DNA from: Rhina ancylostomus
Lineage: Eukaryota
Assembly: GCA_030265395.1 (NCBI GenBank)
Contig: JARFYF010000074.1
Span: forward strand, 75,673,830 to 75,737,829
DNA: 64,000 nt
Reading direction: 5' to 3'
Shown here: piece by piece, positions 1-12,509 of the stretch
Position numbering within the stretch: position 1 is the first letter of the stretch
How the letters are laid out: every line of letters begins with the position of its first letter
Position numbers and translations under genes: made by a program
Notes under the pieces: model-generated
The model's database searches: none
Seen by the model: only the letters and a program-made list of their open reading frames with translations
What the model was told of the DNA's origin: nothing

Positions 1-2227
1 TTATAATTGTTCCTGTTTTCAGAAACCCTGATATACATATCCATTTACACACATGTTTTAAAAGAAAAACCCATTCTGTAAATACAGTGCAGTCAATGTT
101 CCATAGTTTACTCTAAACTTTCCGCAATAACTAATTGTTTGAGTCTGTAATGTGTTATTCTTCAACCACGGCAGCAAGGGAGAGCTTGGTAGGGAAGGTT
201 GACGAGCTTCCACATCTATGGGATCATAACACTGCACAAATTACTGGTTTTGGAAATGAGGGAAGACTTTTGCAATCATATCTAAGACTTTGGAATGTAA
301 CTAAATCTGGGGATTGCTGACTGTGCAATGCAATTAATTTGAATATGTCGGCTGTAATGGGTGCCTGGAGACATCATTATGAATAAGTTCAACATAGCAC
401 AGAGTAGCTTGACACGAGTGCACAATCACTGCAACTTGCATGTTGAGTTCCAATTTCAATGCAAAATTGCAAGTGCTGAATAGAGCTGAGACAGTGGATA
501 ATGTTACAATCTACATGGTCTAATTATATCATTCAGGTGGGAAGAAAAAGAAACTGAAAGCAATGATGAGTTTAAAATATTGTACAATCTGCATTACTCC
601 AATCTGTTTAAAACAAAAAAATGCAAAGCTAAATATAATTGACTGAAAAAGGTCAAGAGAATAGGAAAGAGCCTTTTTAAGGGATAATGCATTCTGCAAA
701 ATGTTGAAACCTATTAATTTGCACTTTAAGATATTCATATTTGTGCTTTGACTGAACAAGGTAGATTTTGGCTGTGTGCAATAATGCATCAGCAGCTGTC
801 TCATTTTACATCTTCCCTGATATTTATTCCCATTGTAAAAGAGCTATCTATACGAAAGCTCTGTGGTCGACTTTGAAGAACATTATTTGCTTGGTGGCGA
901 CACATTTCTGGAAATAGGTTTGTAAAGTGCTCCCTCATGCTGTGCAACAACGGCTGTTGCTGTTGTGCATCAGATGGCGTAGTTCATCTTGGACCACCTG
1001 AAATGAAAAATTAACATAAAGCTTTCAGGGTTTTTTTATAACAAGAAGTCAATATTTGCCACTTCCATCATACTATTTAGAAATGCTTAACTAATTTTCA
1101 GTGAGAAAAAGCAAACTCTCCAGTGAGAAATTTTACTAAAATCTATTGGATTGGAAAACAGAAGCAGCAATTGGCCACTTGTCCATTCTGGCCTGCTATG
1201 TCATTCATCTGCAAGTTCTCATCTGATGATGTATCTATGATTAGCCGTCAGTGAATTTGCTGTGTAACTCAAGACTGTAGTGTAATGATGACTGAGGATC
1301 CAATAGTAAAGAGTTTAGATGAGCCTCAGAGGTAAGAAAAAAACCAACCTAAACCTGGAGGAAAGCACTGCAAGAAGTGCGTATGGTAGAAAGGAGACAC
1401 AATTCATGGCATTTACACTATGTTAAAAAGCTGGCTTCTGTAATATTTCATATGTGTAAGCATGAAATAGTGCTGGCTCACCCATCAATTGCTGTGACAT
1501 GGTCAAATTAGGTTATTATCATTCATGAAAATATCCAGGTGCTTTAATCTCATGTTATAATGTCCATCTGCAGGGTTGGATAGTTTAATACTTTCAGCAC
1601 ACACCAAATATTGGTTCTGTGGGAACATATGATTTTATTCAACGTTCTTGTGTCCAAAGCTTCAAAATTTGCATGGTACATGCAAGGTATATTTTTTGAG
1701 AAGCATCGTTCAAGTTTTCAATTTTTTTCTCGGCACCTATTCAACTTTTTACTCATGCCATCTGCTGACAGGTTTTTCCAGAATTTTTTGAGAATTGACA
1801 ATTGCAATTTGCCAAGGTTTTTGGTCCCAAAGAGCACTCGTGCTTCACCCTTTGCAGTTTCTGCCTGGATCTTCACTACTGAACTTAGAGCCAAAAATCT
1901 GTGAGAAAAATTGGAAACAGAAGTACTGATATCTAAAGAATGATTCAAATAGAGGCAGAACTGACTTGACTGGGTTAATATTTCCAGATAAGCTGTTGGT
2001 AAATTGCACAGCTTTCTGAAAAAGGAAAGGTTAATAATGTTTTGTTCTGCAGCTTGTGTGGAGTATTTTCTTTTTCATACTTTCCAGTATCAGGCAATGA
2101 TGTTAAACCAAATTGATATATTACTTTTTGCACTGGGAATGATTTTCATGTGAACTTAATCAAGCCAAAGCCTGTTTTTTGAATGCAATGGAAATAAATG
2201 TTTACTGTGTGACTGAGGCTGGCATGC

Positions 2228-3890
2228 ATTTTTCAGGTTGTTGACCTCGCTTACAAGATCATATTTATTGCCCATACCTTATTGTCTTTGACAAGATGGT
2301 GAGCTGTTGGGGAAAGACTTGTTCCAAGGTTTAGACCCAACAACGTTGAAGGAGCAGTGATGCATTTCCAGATCACCTTGTTGGAGGGGAACCTGTTATG
2401 ATGCATATGCTCGCTTTGTCCTTCTTGGTGGTAGATGTCATGGGTTTTGGAGGTGTTATTTGAGTAGCCAGGGTAAATAAATACAGTGCATTTTGCACCT
2501 GGTGAACACTGCAGCTATAGCCTGCTGATGGTACAAGGAATGAATGTTTAGGATGGAGCATGGGGTGCCGATAAGATGGGCTGCTTTGTCCTGAATTGTG
2601 TTGAGATTTTTTGCGTGTTATTGGAATTGCATCCATCCTAGCAATGTAGAACATTCCATGAAATTCTTGTCTTGTGCCTTGTAAATAATGCATTGACTTT
2701 GTGATGTCAGGAGGAGTGTCACTTGCTGCATGATCCCCAGCATCTGATCTGCTCTCAGAGCAATAGTATTTTTCTAATGGTCCAGATACATTTTTAGATA
2801 TTAGTGCACAGCCCCCCCCCCCGAGTTGTTTTNNNNNNNNNNNNNNNNNNNNNNNNNNNNNNNNNNNNNNNNNAATAGGAAGAGTGTGTGGTTAGATTAT
2901 CTTTGAAGATGGGCATTGCCAGGCTGTTTCATGCTGTGTTCAGGTGTGGACTGCCTCATTTGCTGAGGAATTTTGCAAACGGGTCATCATCAGGAAGCCA
3001 TCCCCATTTATGAACTTATGATAGGAGGAAGGTCATTGATAAAACAGTTGAAAGAGCACACTGGGCACAGGCTATGGACTATTCATTTTCTGTTGAGTTT
3101 TGAATGGAAGTTATCATTAGGCCATGTCTCAGTTTCACATTTTATGAGGGAATGAAGTCACTGATGTTGCAGCTTAAAATTGTTGTGTCTCAAACACAGA
3201 CCTGAGGAACTCGTATATTAATACTCTTGGGCTGGGATCATTAACCTCCTCCAATGACAGCCATGGTCACTTGTGCAAGATAAGACTCCACCTGTTGAGA
3301 GTTTCTCCACTGATGGCCATTGGCTTCAGTTTTACCAGGTATTTTGATGCCACGTTCAATCAACCGCTGCCATGATATTTAAGGCGTTTGCTCTCATCTG
3401 AGCTCTGAAATTCAGCTCTTCAATTCACATTTGAATCAAGGCTGTGATGAAGTTTGGAGTGTCCTGGTGAAACCCAAACTATGCATAGGAATGCAGATTA
3501 TTGGTCAGCACTTTTTGATGGTGCTGTTGTCAATGCAGTTCACCATTCAGCTGATGATTGGAAATTAATCGATCGGGTGGTAATTTATCAGATTGGATTT
3601 AATCCTACTTTTTGTGAACAGGACATACCTGGGTGACTTTCCACATTGTTGGATCAATGCCAATGCCGTAAACTGTATTGAATCAGCTTGGCCAGCAGTG
3701 CAGCTGGTGGTCGAGTGCAGGCTTGTCGAACCTTAACCCAGGATGTCATCCGGTCCCATAACCTTTGCTATATCAGGTAGAATGAACCAAATGACTGAAG
3801 ACTGTCTTTTGTGAGATCTTAGCTGGAAGCCAAGATAGGTTATCAGCTCAACACTTCTCAACGTACATAGTTGCAAATGATTCCACCTTC
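2228..3890 (-). mobile_element. Decayed CR1-group LINE (family A), RT region to 3' tail
   Basis: Minus-strand peptide PDIAKVMGPDDILG (ORF 3733-3942) resembles the LINE motif KAMGPDNIP. The 3' tail reads tttattgcccatacc at ~2264. It is collinear in opposite orientation with the copy at 8810-9775. Confidence 0.8.
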
Positions 3891-5784
3891 TGAGCTTGAA
3901 GATCTGATATTTAGCTTGTGTAATCATATGACAAAGTGGCAATTGTTAGATTAAACTCTTTTTGTGAATTGATGGATACATTGTCACTTCAGGGTTGGGG
4001 ACAACCACAGAACCTCAGAAAGAGTAAACAAAACTTGATAATTAATGTTGTTGCTTGCATCAATGTAAGTTTGTTCTGCAGCAAGTCTTAAATCAGTTGT
4101 GTAGTTGCTGATGTGATGGCACTTCGCAAGGCCACACGTCCCATGACTGTATTGCCATCATTTCTCTAATGCTTGATCATTCATTTTGACGAGTCTAGAC
4201 AGATATAAAATTTGGTGTTGTTCAATATCTTCAAAAGAAATGAACAGATGATATTATTCAAGTTAACTATTTGAGTTATTAGTCGGCTGATAAGATGAAA
4301 AATATCATGTTGCGGATGCAAGCAGCTCAGTTTGAGATGAAACCACATACTGAAGCTGGGCAATGCGAGTATGAGGAAGCTTGAGGTCCAATTAGTTGAG
4401 ACGGTCAAACCTCATTACCACTAAAGGCCTAACAACAAACAGTGCAACACATTTAACTTCATTCAAGGAAGGTGAAAGGTAAAGCAGTTGGCAATATCAA
4501 TGGAATGAATCTTTCTAAAGGAAAAGTAAATGAAGATTTAAATAAAAAGATGAAGGAACATCGTGACATTGTATTACAGATAACAATTATGTGGCACAAT
4601 GTAGTATAGAAATGAGATTTAACTCTCTTATTGTCAGGAGACCCAGAACTTCCTCATGGTGATTTGAGAGAATGAATGAAAAGTAAATTTTAGGGTGATT
4701 GTGCCAGAAACCCGGGAGAAAATGAAGTGCCTGAACTGATGCATTACTGCAACATTATTGCCTCAGCTGCTTCCAGTTGTGATTGTGAAAGACCATCATT
4801 GCTATCTACCAACATATCACCGACACCCAGAAATGTTTCCATTTTAAGTGAGATGAACTGGGTTGTAACTTTTGTTCCACAAACCTTGTTAGTGACTTAA
4901 TGTCATCCTAATTTCTTCCCTCGACAAAATGTAAAACTTTAAACATCATTGTAATAGAGCAGTATAAATCCTATCCTATTGCTTATGCAAAAATTGACCC
5001 TGGGGTCTTGGGCTATAACTTTGTACTGCACAAAAAAGACTTAAAATAATACAGGAGCAGAGCATTGTGAATTCTAGCCAGGAGTTTGCATTGTCTGATG
5101 AACTGACAGCTCTGGCTGCTGACTCAAAGGGAGAAAAGCTGCTCAAAAAAAAGTGATGCCAGTGAGAACCACCCATTTTCCGCTGTCAGTTGCTATCTGC
5201 GCAAGTACAATGGGAGTCCAAGCATCCAAAAAGACATATCATCATCAGACTGTGCAGTTTCACATGTTAGGAAATAAAAGCACAAATTTTAATCGAATAT
5301 TAAATGCAATGTAAAAGAACATGAAATAACACTGGGAGCATATTCATGATATTATATATCAAAACTTTTTGACAAAAAAAACAAAAACAATATTCATAAA
5401 AATTGGAATTTTAATGTGAAGGAATTGCAGTTGATACATATAAAGGTCGGCTTTATCGCAAAAGAGTTTGCTGAATGATAATTATGACTTGTTCAGAAAG
5501 CAGAACATTTTCAGAGTATTTTACACTGACTTGTAAACTCCTGAAATCTATGTTACTTCACTGATGGAGATGGGAAGTCTGCAAAGTGAAAAAACCTGGG
5601 GAAGAGCAGGGATTCACCCCTAGGTTCTGAGTTTTCCTGCGTAACTATGTATATGTATACTTCAGAAAAAGCTGTCAAATTTCTTTGTGTAATGTGAATG
5701 AGTACAGGTGTTGCACCACATAATGTATCCTCCCTCTTTATGACTGACACTTTAATCAGCACCTACATTCTGGGCATAAATCTG

Positions 5785-5989
5785 AAAAGAAATAATAAAC
5801 TGCAGATGCTTGAATATCTGAATGAAAAACAAAATGCCGGAAATACTCGAGCAAGTTGGGCAGCATCCTGAAAAGTTTTGGGTCTGGTTTAATCAGGACC
5901 GTTGTTCTGAAATGTTAGCTATGTTATTCTCTCTCCTCGAATGCTGCCTGATTGCTTCAGTGTTTCTTGTATTCTTTGTTTTTATTTCT
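5785..5989. mobile_element. Penelope-derived fold-back element with TSD
   Basis: Arms aaatgccggaaatactcgagcaagttgggcagcat and atgctgcctgattgcttcagtgtttcttgtattc are imperfect inverted repeats. Flanked by the direct repeat ggcataaa(t/c)ctg at 5773-5784 and 5990-6001. Confidence 0.7.
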
Positions 5990-6099
5990 GGCATAAACCT
6001 GCTGTCCAGTCTGCAGGTGGGAAGAAGAAATGTTCCTCAAGTACTGTCAAGCTGATTGCTGTGAATATCAATAATGACATTACTATAGCCACAGAAATG

Positions 6100-6310
6100 T
6101 TCCATTAATATAGTGCATTCATCATATAACAAAAGCTTTCTAGGAATTGTCTTTAAACAAAAAAAATTCAGCTGACTTACGTGGAGATAAATTGGAAAAG
6201 ATAAACAAAAATGTGATCAAAGAGCTTTTTTTTACTGGAGGAATTCTGAGAGGCAAAGTAATATTTTGACAGCTGGGCACAAATGTGATGACTCAAGTCA
6301 TTGATCAGGC
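6100..6310 (-). mobile_element. Highly decayed L2 LINE 3' end
   Basis: Resembles the reverse complement of an L2 3' end (aaaatgtgatcaaagag...ggaggaattctgagag) and the plus-strand copy near 10010-10310. Confidence 0.4.
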
Positions 6311-6984
6311 ACAATGCCCTTGGTTAACTAAATCAATGCTGGAACAATGGTCCATGGCACAATGGTCACCTGTGGTGGCAAAAGCAGAGGATTATAGATG
6401 TTACAGTCGTGCTTGTATTTTATCACACAGGACATAGATGTTTTTCTGTTTAATGCTAAAATGTTGGATTTGAATTACTGAGGAAAAAGTGGTTCCCCAA
6501 CCTTCGTCTTTGCTGAGATTGTTTCTCTAACCCAGTGCCAGGATAAAGTCATTCCCCATATCTGATGGATAATTTTTTTTATTCATGGGTACATATTTCA
6601 AAAAAGCTTTTATCAACTGTGATGAAACATAATTCATAATTTCTCAAAGTATGGAATAGAATGCCTCAAGATACAGAGGAATGTAATTTAATTTCTTGAA
6701 CTGAATGTCAATTCTTTTAAAAATTGGTTCTTTAAAAATCTTTGATTTTACTCCTGCCTTCCCCATGGCTTAGCAACACTAAATGACTGGCCAAATGGGA
6801 ACATACATATCACCCACTCTTTCATTGAAAGTATATTTTCCAGTTCCGACCAAGGTTACTGAGCACTTTTAGTTCATTTCGGACTACAGGACAATTATTC
6901 TGCAGATGTAATTGGTTAAAATTCCATCCTGCCACCCATTGCCTCGGGTAGGAAGCAATGTGAATGAGAAATAAGTTGCTTTCA

Positions 6985-8170
6985 ATGTTATCTGGTTATG
7001 GGTGGACTTCCACAAGCCTGTGTTTTGGGACCTTTTTTTTATTATTTTCATTAAATATTTAGATGAGGATTTAATCAGGCTTTCCATAAATTCAAAGATT
7101 ACATGGAAATTACCATTTGTGCAGAGAGATTTAAGCATCTATCGAACCTGGGGCTTTAAAGTGGCAGCTGCAAAAATAAAAGATGCAAGATATAATAAGT
7201 TTCAAAATGTATTTCTGGAACTATCAGCCATAAAACTCTAGGCAGTCTTATTGGACTAAATGAGTGTCAACTTAGCTCAGTGGTAGTGCCAGCTGAATTA
7301 GAGGATTTTACTTGAAAAGCCTTCAGAAAAGTCTTGTAAGTAATTTGTAATGGAGGTTTGGGTGCAGTATCTGAGGAATATTGCATTGTTAGAGGTACAA
7401 TTGTTTGGATCAGAAACCTGTCCTCCTGTAAGAAGATACCACAGCACCCTTGAAGAAAGTAATATGTGTATTTTACCGGCCAGAATTCATTCCCAAACCA
7501 GTGTCACTGGTCTGTCTTGCTGCTAACAATAAGGCATTGCACAATGTGGCTACTTCAATTATTTTCATAATAATTACAACTTCATTTCAAGAGTGTTGGA
7601 GTAGGCAGAATGCATAAAGGATGTGATAGAATATAGTTATTCTTTTGGCTCAGCAAAATTTTGCAATGCCCAAGCTCAAGTATTTTCTCCAGCTTTATTC
7701 GATATGAGCCATAAAGAAGGAACACCCGGTTATCAAATCAGGTTTCCAGAAAGAGGTCTGCTTCCATTAGGGTAAGACAAACTTAGAGGAGCTGATCAAG
7801 ATTTCTAAAATCATAAATGATGTGATTGTGTCCAGTTGATAATTTAAAAGTAAAGATGCTGGAACAGGAACATTACGTGTAAAGAGCTGGGATAAATGTA
7901 TTTTCACACGGTCATCATCCACTGAGACAGACGATCTATCCACACGGAGACTTATGGACAGCGATTGTCTCAGTTGAACAGATGGTTTCTCATTGCAGAA
8001 GGTACCTCATTGGATTGTGAAGAGTTATGAGTTGTCATGGTCTTCTGGAGCTTTGCTTGATTATCGCATGGAGTCTAAGAGTAATTGTCAATTTTCTGGC
8101 TTTTTTTCCTTTTTTGCCGACTGGATCAGATCTTGGTAGATTGGATTTAATGGGCTTTTCAGTTTTCCTT
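6985..8170 (+). mobile_element. Decayed CR1 LINE (family B, HER1-like) interrupted by a SINE
   Basis: ggacttccacaagcctgtgttttgggacc reads GLPQACVLG followed by FIIFIKYLDEDL, similar to the RT motif GVPQGSVLGP..FINDLD. A degenerate CR1 3' region (cttagaggagctgatcaagatttctaaaatcat) lies at ~7780. Confidence 0.55.
7262..7648 (+). mobile_element. Old tRNA-headed SINE with Deu-like central domain
   Basis: A-box-like agctcagtggtag. Body gcagtatctgaggaatattgcattgttagaggtac...cttgaagaaag resembles the Deu domain. L2-like tail. Confidence 0.6.
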
Positions 8171-8809
8171 CTATACTTTTAGTTTGTCTTTTGCCCACAA
8201 GTGCACAGTTATTTCCTCAGCTGTCACTTTTGTCCCCAAAAAAGGCAGAAGACTTGTTTCAGCTGAAGAAAATCAGTATTGTAGGCCATGAAGTGAACTT
8301 GTTAATTCATTTCTTCATCACTCTGTAAGCATGCAGCAGAAAAAGCATGAGTGGCAAGTGCATGTCACTTTACAATAAGCGGCTTGACTGTGTTGCATTT
8401 CCATCTGTCAATTTGTTGTTTGGAATTAAAAACATTCCTCCAGATTCCGTCAAGGTATCAATATTTTCTGACAATTTAACAAGCAATAAAAGTTACATTC
8501 GATAAACTTTTATCCTTATTTACACCACAACTGAAGTTCTGATCCTTATAGCAGAAGTGCGTAAAAGTGTGAAGAATGAAGAATGATGAGTGTGTGCAAC
8601 ACTGAAGCAAAGGGGACACGCTCTAGAAAAGGGAAGGCCATTGTGGGACCTAATGGAGTTCGCTACAATTTGTAAGTGATTTAAAAGGACAGTGCAGAGA
8701 AAATGGGTTGATTTTTAGCTCCTGAAACTGATTGATTGGTAATGTTAGAAGTTTTACCAAAAAAATGTCAACTCTGACCCAACCTTTCCACTAAATGGGT
8801 TAACGGAGG

Positions 8810-9775
8810 TGAGATTGGTGATGGCCAGCATTGCTGGAGTTCCTGAGGGCAGTGTCCAAGTCCCAGCATCCTCAGCTGTTTCATCACTGACCTTCCTTCA
8901 ATGAAGACTGCATAAGGTTCTATTCCATTTGCAACTCTCGAAAATGAAGCAGCCCAAGTCTACGTGCAGCCAGACTCAGGTTACATTCAGGCATGGGGAA
9001 ACAAAGGACTGCATGGCCTGCTGAGTTTCTCTAGCATCATCGTGTCTTTCAACATTCAGTCATGGACTGATAAATGGCATGCAGCTTTTATATGAGTGAG
9101 TATAATCAACAATCCTTGGTATTTAATATCATTACAATCACCAGATTCCCCAACATCAACATCCTGAGGATCACCAGTGAAATTCATCTGGACCAGCCAC
9201 ATAAATACTGTTTCTTCAAGGGCAGGCCATTAGGCTGGGTATCCTGCTGCAACAGTGACTCAACTTCAGATAGCCTAGTTTTTCTACCTTCTACATGGCA
9301 CAAATCATGAGTTTATGCAATACTCCCCACTTGCCCGGATGCGTACAGCTTTTTCAATCCACAAGAAACTCGATACCATCTGGGACAAGCACCCACTTGA
9401 TTGACACCCCATGTTCACTCAACATTTATTCCTTGCACCAGTGGCACACAGTGGCTGTATAGTGTGTGCCATCTACAAAACACACTGCAGTCACTCACCT
9501 GGGTTACTCTAACCACACCTCCCAAGCTTACCAACTGCCACCAAAGGTTTCAGGTGCACGAGAACACCATCCCTTCTGAGTCAGACACCATTCTGTCTTG
9601 GAAACATATTGCGTTTCCTTTGTCTTCATTGGGTCTAACTCTCAAACTCCCTTCCCAACAATATTGTGGAAGCACCTTCACCAGAAGGGCTGCTTGTGGT
9701 TAAAGAAGGTGGCTCATCACCACCTTTTCAAAGGCAATGAGCGATAAATGTTGCTATTGCCAGGTACACCCATGA
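8810..9775 (+). mobile_element. Decayed CR1-group LINE (family A), RT C-terminus and 3' tail
   Basis: ggagttcctgagggcagtgtcc = GVPEGSV; agctgtttcatcactgaccttcc = SCFITDLP; FPNINILRIT. Tail ggctcatcaccaccttttcaaaggcaatgagcgataaatg. Confidence 0.85.
8997..9051. mobile_element. 55-bp internally deleted Penelope-derived element inserted in the LINE
   Basis: aaacaaaggactgca joined to cctgctgagtttctctagcat corresponds to the two ends of the fold-back family. Flanked by acattcag(g/t)catgg at 8983-8996 and 9052-9065. Confidence 0.7.
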
Positions 9776-10009
9776 GTATGCTGGCAAGGTTTTGGAACTT
9801 ACCAGCATACTCATGATTGAGAATAGCATTGTACCAAGGGAAGGTTTTCCTCTAAGAGGATAAAATGCCTTGGATGCATTGCTCTGCAGGATTACTGGCT
9901 CAAATACCGCAAGTATTCTCACTGAATTTCTTAAGTCCCCTTGGTTATTCAACTAAAAACAATAATTGCTTGTCAGCATGTGGAATCGTCTGTTCTTAAC
10001 TCTGTAACA

Positions 10010-10310
10010 TTAACCCAGTCCTGCAAATCTCCCTGGCCTGTTCATTTGTCTGGTCTGGTCTCAAAAATATCCTTGCATTTAGTCAAGTCATGATCAGTGC
10101 CAGACCTTCATCTTCCTTGGGGTTAGATTCTGAGTTCACTTTCCTGCACCTTTTACCTCCTGACATTTAGAAGCCCCTTAAAACCCAATCCTGGCACAGA
10201 GCTTTCAGTCACGTATTCTGATTTGCACTGAATTATGTTTGAGACATCTTTTGTAATGTGCTTGTGATGTTATAGTGTGTTGTTGGTGCCACATAAAAGT
10301 TTGTTGAATT
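10010..10310 (+). mobile_element. Decayed L2 LINE 3' end
   Basis: gaccttcatcttccttggggttagattctgagttcac...ccttaaaacccaatcctggcacagagctttcagtcac...ggtgccacataaaagtttgttg resembles an L2 3' terminus. Confidence 0.55.
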
Positions 10311-12174
10311 GGGCTTAAGAATGAATATTTTTTGTGTGGCAATTTGTTCACTGGAATTAAGAAAGGGACAACTTCATTAAGTTAAAGGATGGAAGGAAAT
10401 CCACTTTTTATTAAGTACTGAGGTTGTGTTCCTATGCAGCAAATATCTATTTAATTAATGTGTATTAAATTTCAGCAATCAATTAATAGTAATGAAAGAC
10501 TAGAATTTGGAAACGGGTCCCATTACTTAAGGAGGTTTTCATCTATTCCATGACATCCAATGCGTGTGAGAAAACAAATCCTCAAATTATTCAGCATTAT
10601 CACAGCATGTTTGCTCTCGTTTTGATTGGGACACGCAGATACAACCAGGATGCTCTGTACATTGGTGTTATTCCATCCCTGGATTCTTTCAGTAAAAGGG
10701 GATGGAAATAATTCTGTCTCTTGGATTTGACAGGAAGAGCAAAAATTCAATCCTTCTCGAAGCATATAATATGTGTTGGCTGATTCTTCATATGTGCAGC
10801 TCAATTTCGCTTTTGACAGACTCAAGTAGGGTCCATGGTGATCAACTGGTTCGTCCCCACTGTGAAAGTTGCAGAAGTGAAAGTAACTCTCCAGTTCCTG
10901 TATCATATTGGGGATATGACCAGCATTTCCTTATTGGCATTGTTAAAAGATCAGTGCATAAAATACTGAAAAGAATTAATGTGCTTCAAATATATATTGT
11001 AGTAAGAAGCTTAGAAAATATTATTAAGTGAAATCTTTCCTGGTACAACTTCATTTTGCGTACACCAAGATCACTACAGCGTCAATATGGAAATGAGTAT
11101 TAACCAAAGTCATAACACTGAATGATGAAATGCTAAGGTTACTCTCTTGACAGAAAACCACAATGTGCACCTTAAAGCATATGTTGCAGTTCATTTCCTG
11201 TTCTCTTTGAGAACAACCTGTGTTTGTTCAAGAACCATTGTAATTCTCCTGAGTGAATGTCAGAATTTCTAGTTAGCTGGAGTCTGGAAACTGAAATCTT
11301 TCTCAAAAATCGACTAAGGTGCACCAGCCATTTACTTATTACATTGAAGAATGCACTTTCTAACTTCTGTCCATTACTTCAGGTCACTCTACCATTGTTC
11401 CTTAAATAAGAGATTCCCTGTTGTCATTTTGAAAGCGTTTTGAGCAAAATGGCTAGCATTTTCACCAGTTGTCTGTGGTGCCCCAAGGGGACATCTGATA
11501 AAATAGATTTTCTGCATCTGACTGGCTTTTGCAGATGGAGTTCCAGGCACCCAGGGGGGTTGTGGAAGCACAAGCTTGTGCTATTGTCCATTTTTGAATG
11601 ACAAACATTGACTGTCATCTTCTAGTCGTGTGATGTGAGGCATTCCAGGTTATCAGTGTGTGCTGCCAATCAATAGGGGCATTGCTAGAAGAGAAAGCCA
11701 GGCAGGTGAAAGTTGCTGAGGACATGTAAGGTATAATTGGGAAAGGGGCTGAGTGAACCAGGTCTTGGGACACAATTAAAGATTGGGGCACCAGTCCCTG
11801 GTTTAACAAAAAATACAGCACCAGGAGCAACCCAGTGACTATCCTAACTCTATGTTTCAGGGCCTGTTACCTTCAGTCTTTTTCCAGGAATTCTGCTCGT
11901 TCACTTCCCTGTTGCCTACTCCTGTCAAGCCTGTTCATGGATGGTGCAACATTTGAATCCAGGCTAAGTAGCCAGCCCTACCTTCCTCTCAGGGATAATA
12001 TTTGCGGCTGAACTTTGCCATTTCTAAACAAAGAACACCGTTAATCCATGTCTCTCACACTACCCAGCTGGAATTCATATCTCTTGAGTACCAACTCAAA
12101 CAAGATGCACTGACTTTTCTCATGGTCTTCAGCACCAGTGTAACCCTCAGCCTTTGCCTACTGATCAAATTATT

Positions 12175-12509
12175 TTCAGTACAGAAGCAGGGCATTCAGC
12201 CCATTGAGCCCAGCTCCCAACAGAGTGATCTCATTAACCCTGTACTCCCCTCTTTATTTTCCCTGTAGCCTTGCAATTTATTGTCTCTTACACGCCCACC
12301 GATTCCCATTTGATTCTTTTGCCACTTAGCTGCAACATAAGGAGTAACTTGCAGTGAAACATCCACCAATCAGCATGCCTTTCGGGTGTGGAAGGTAACC
12401 GAAGCACCTTGGTGGAAACCCACACAATCACAGGGGCAGTACCCGATATCAGGATTGAACCCTGTCCTGGAAATGAGGCAGAAGCACTAACTTGCACCAC
12501 TGGGCTGCT
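12175..12509 (-). mobile_element. V-SINE (HE1-like) with CR1-type tail
   Basis: Reverse V-domain gtggaaggtaaccgaagcaccttggtggaaacccacaca; reverse B-box ggattgaaccc; tail ggcattcagccca. Confidence 0.75.

Noticed and set aside
1284-1332. ATGA..ctgagg/cctcag..GA stem resembling a SECIS element
   Set aside because: The quartet geometry lacks the required N-N pair, the helix is short, and no selenoprotein CDS is visible.
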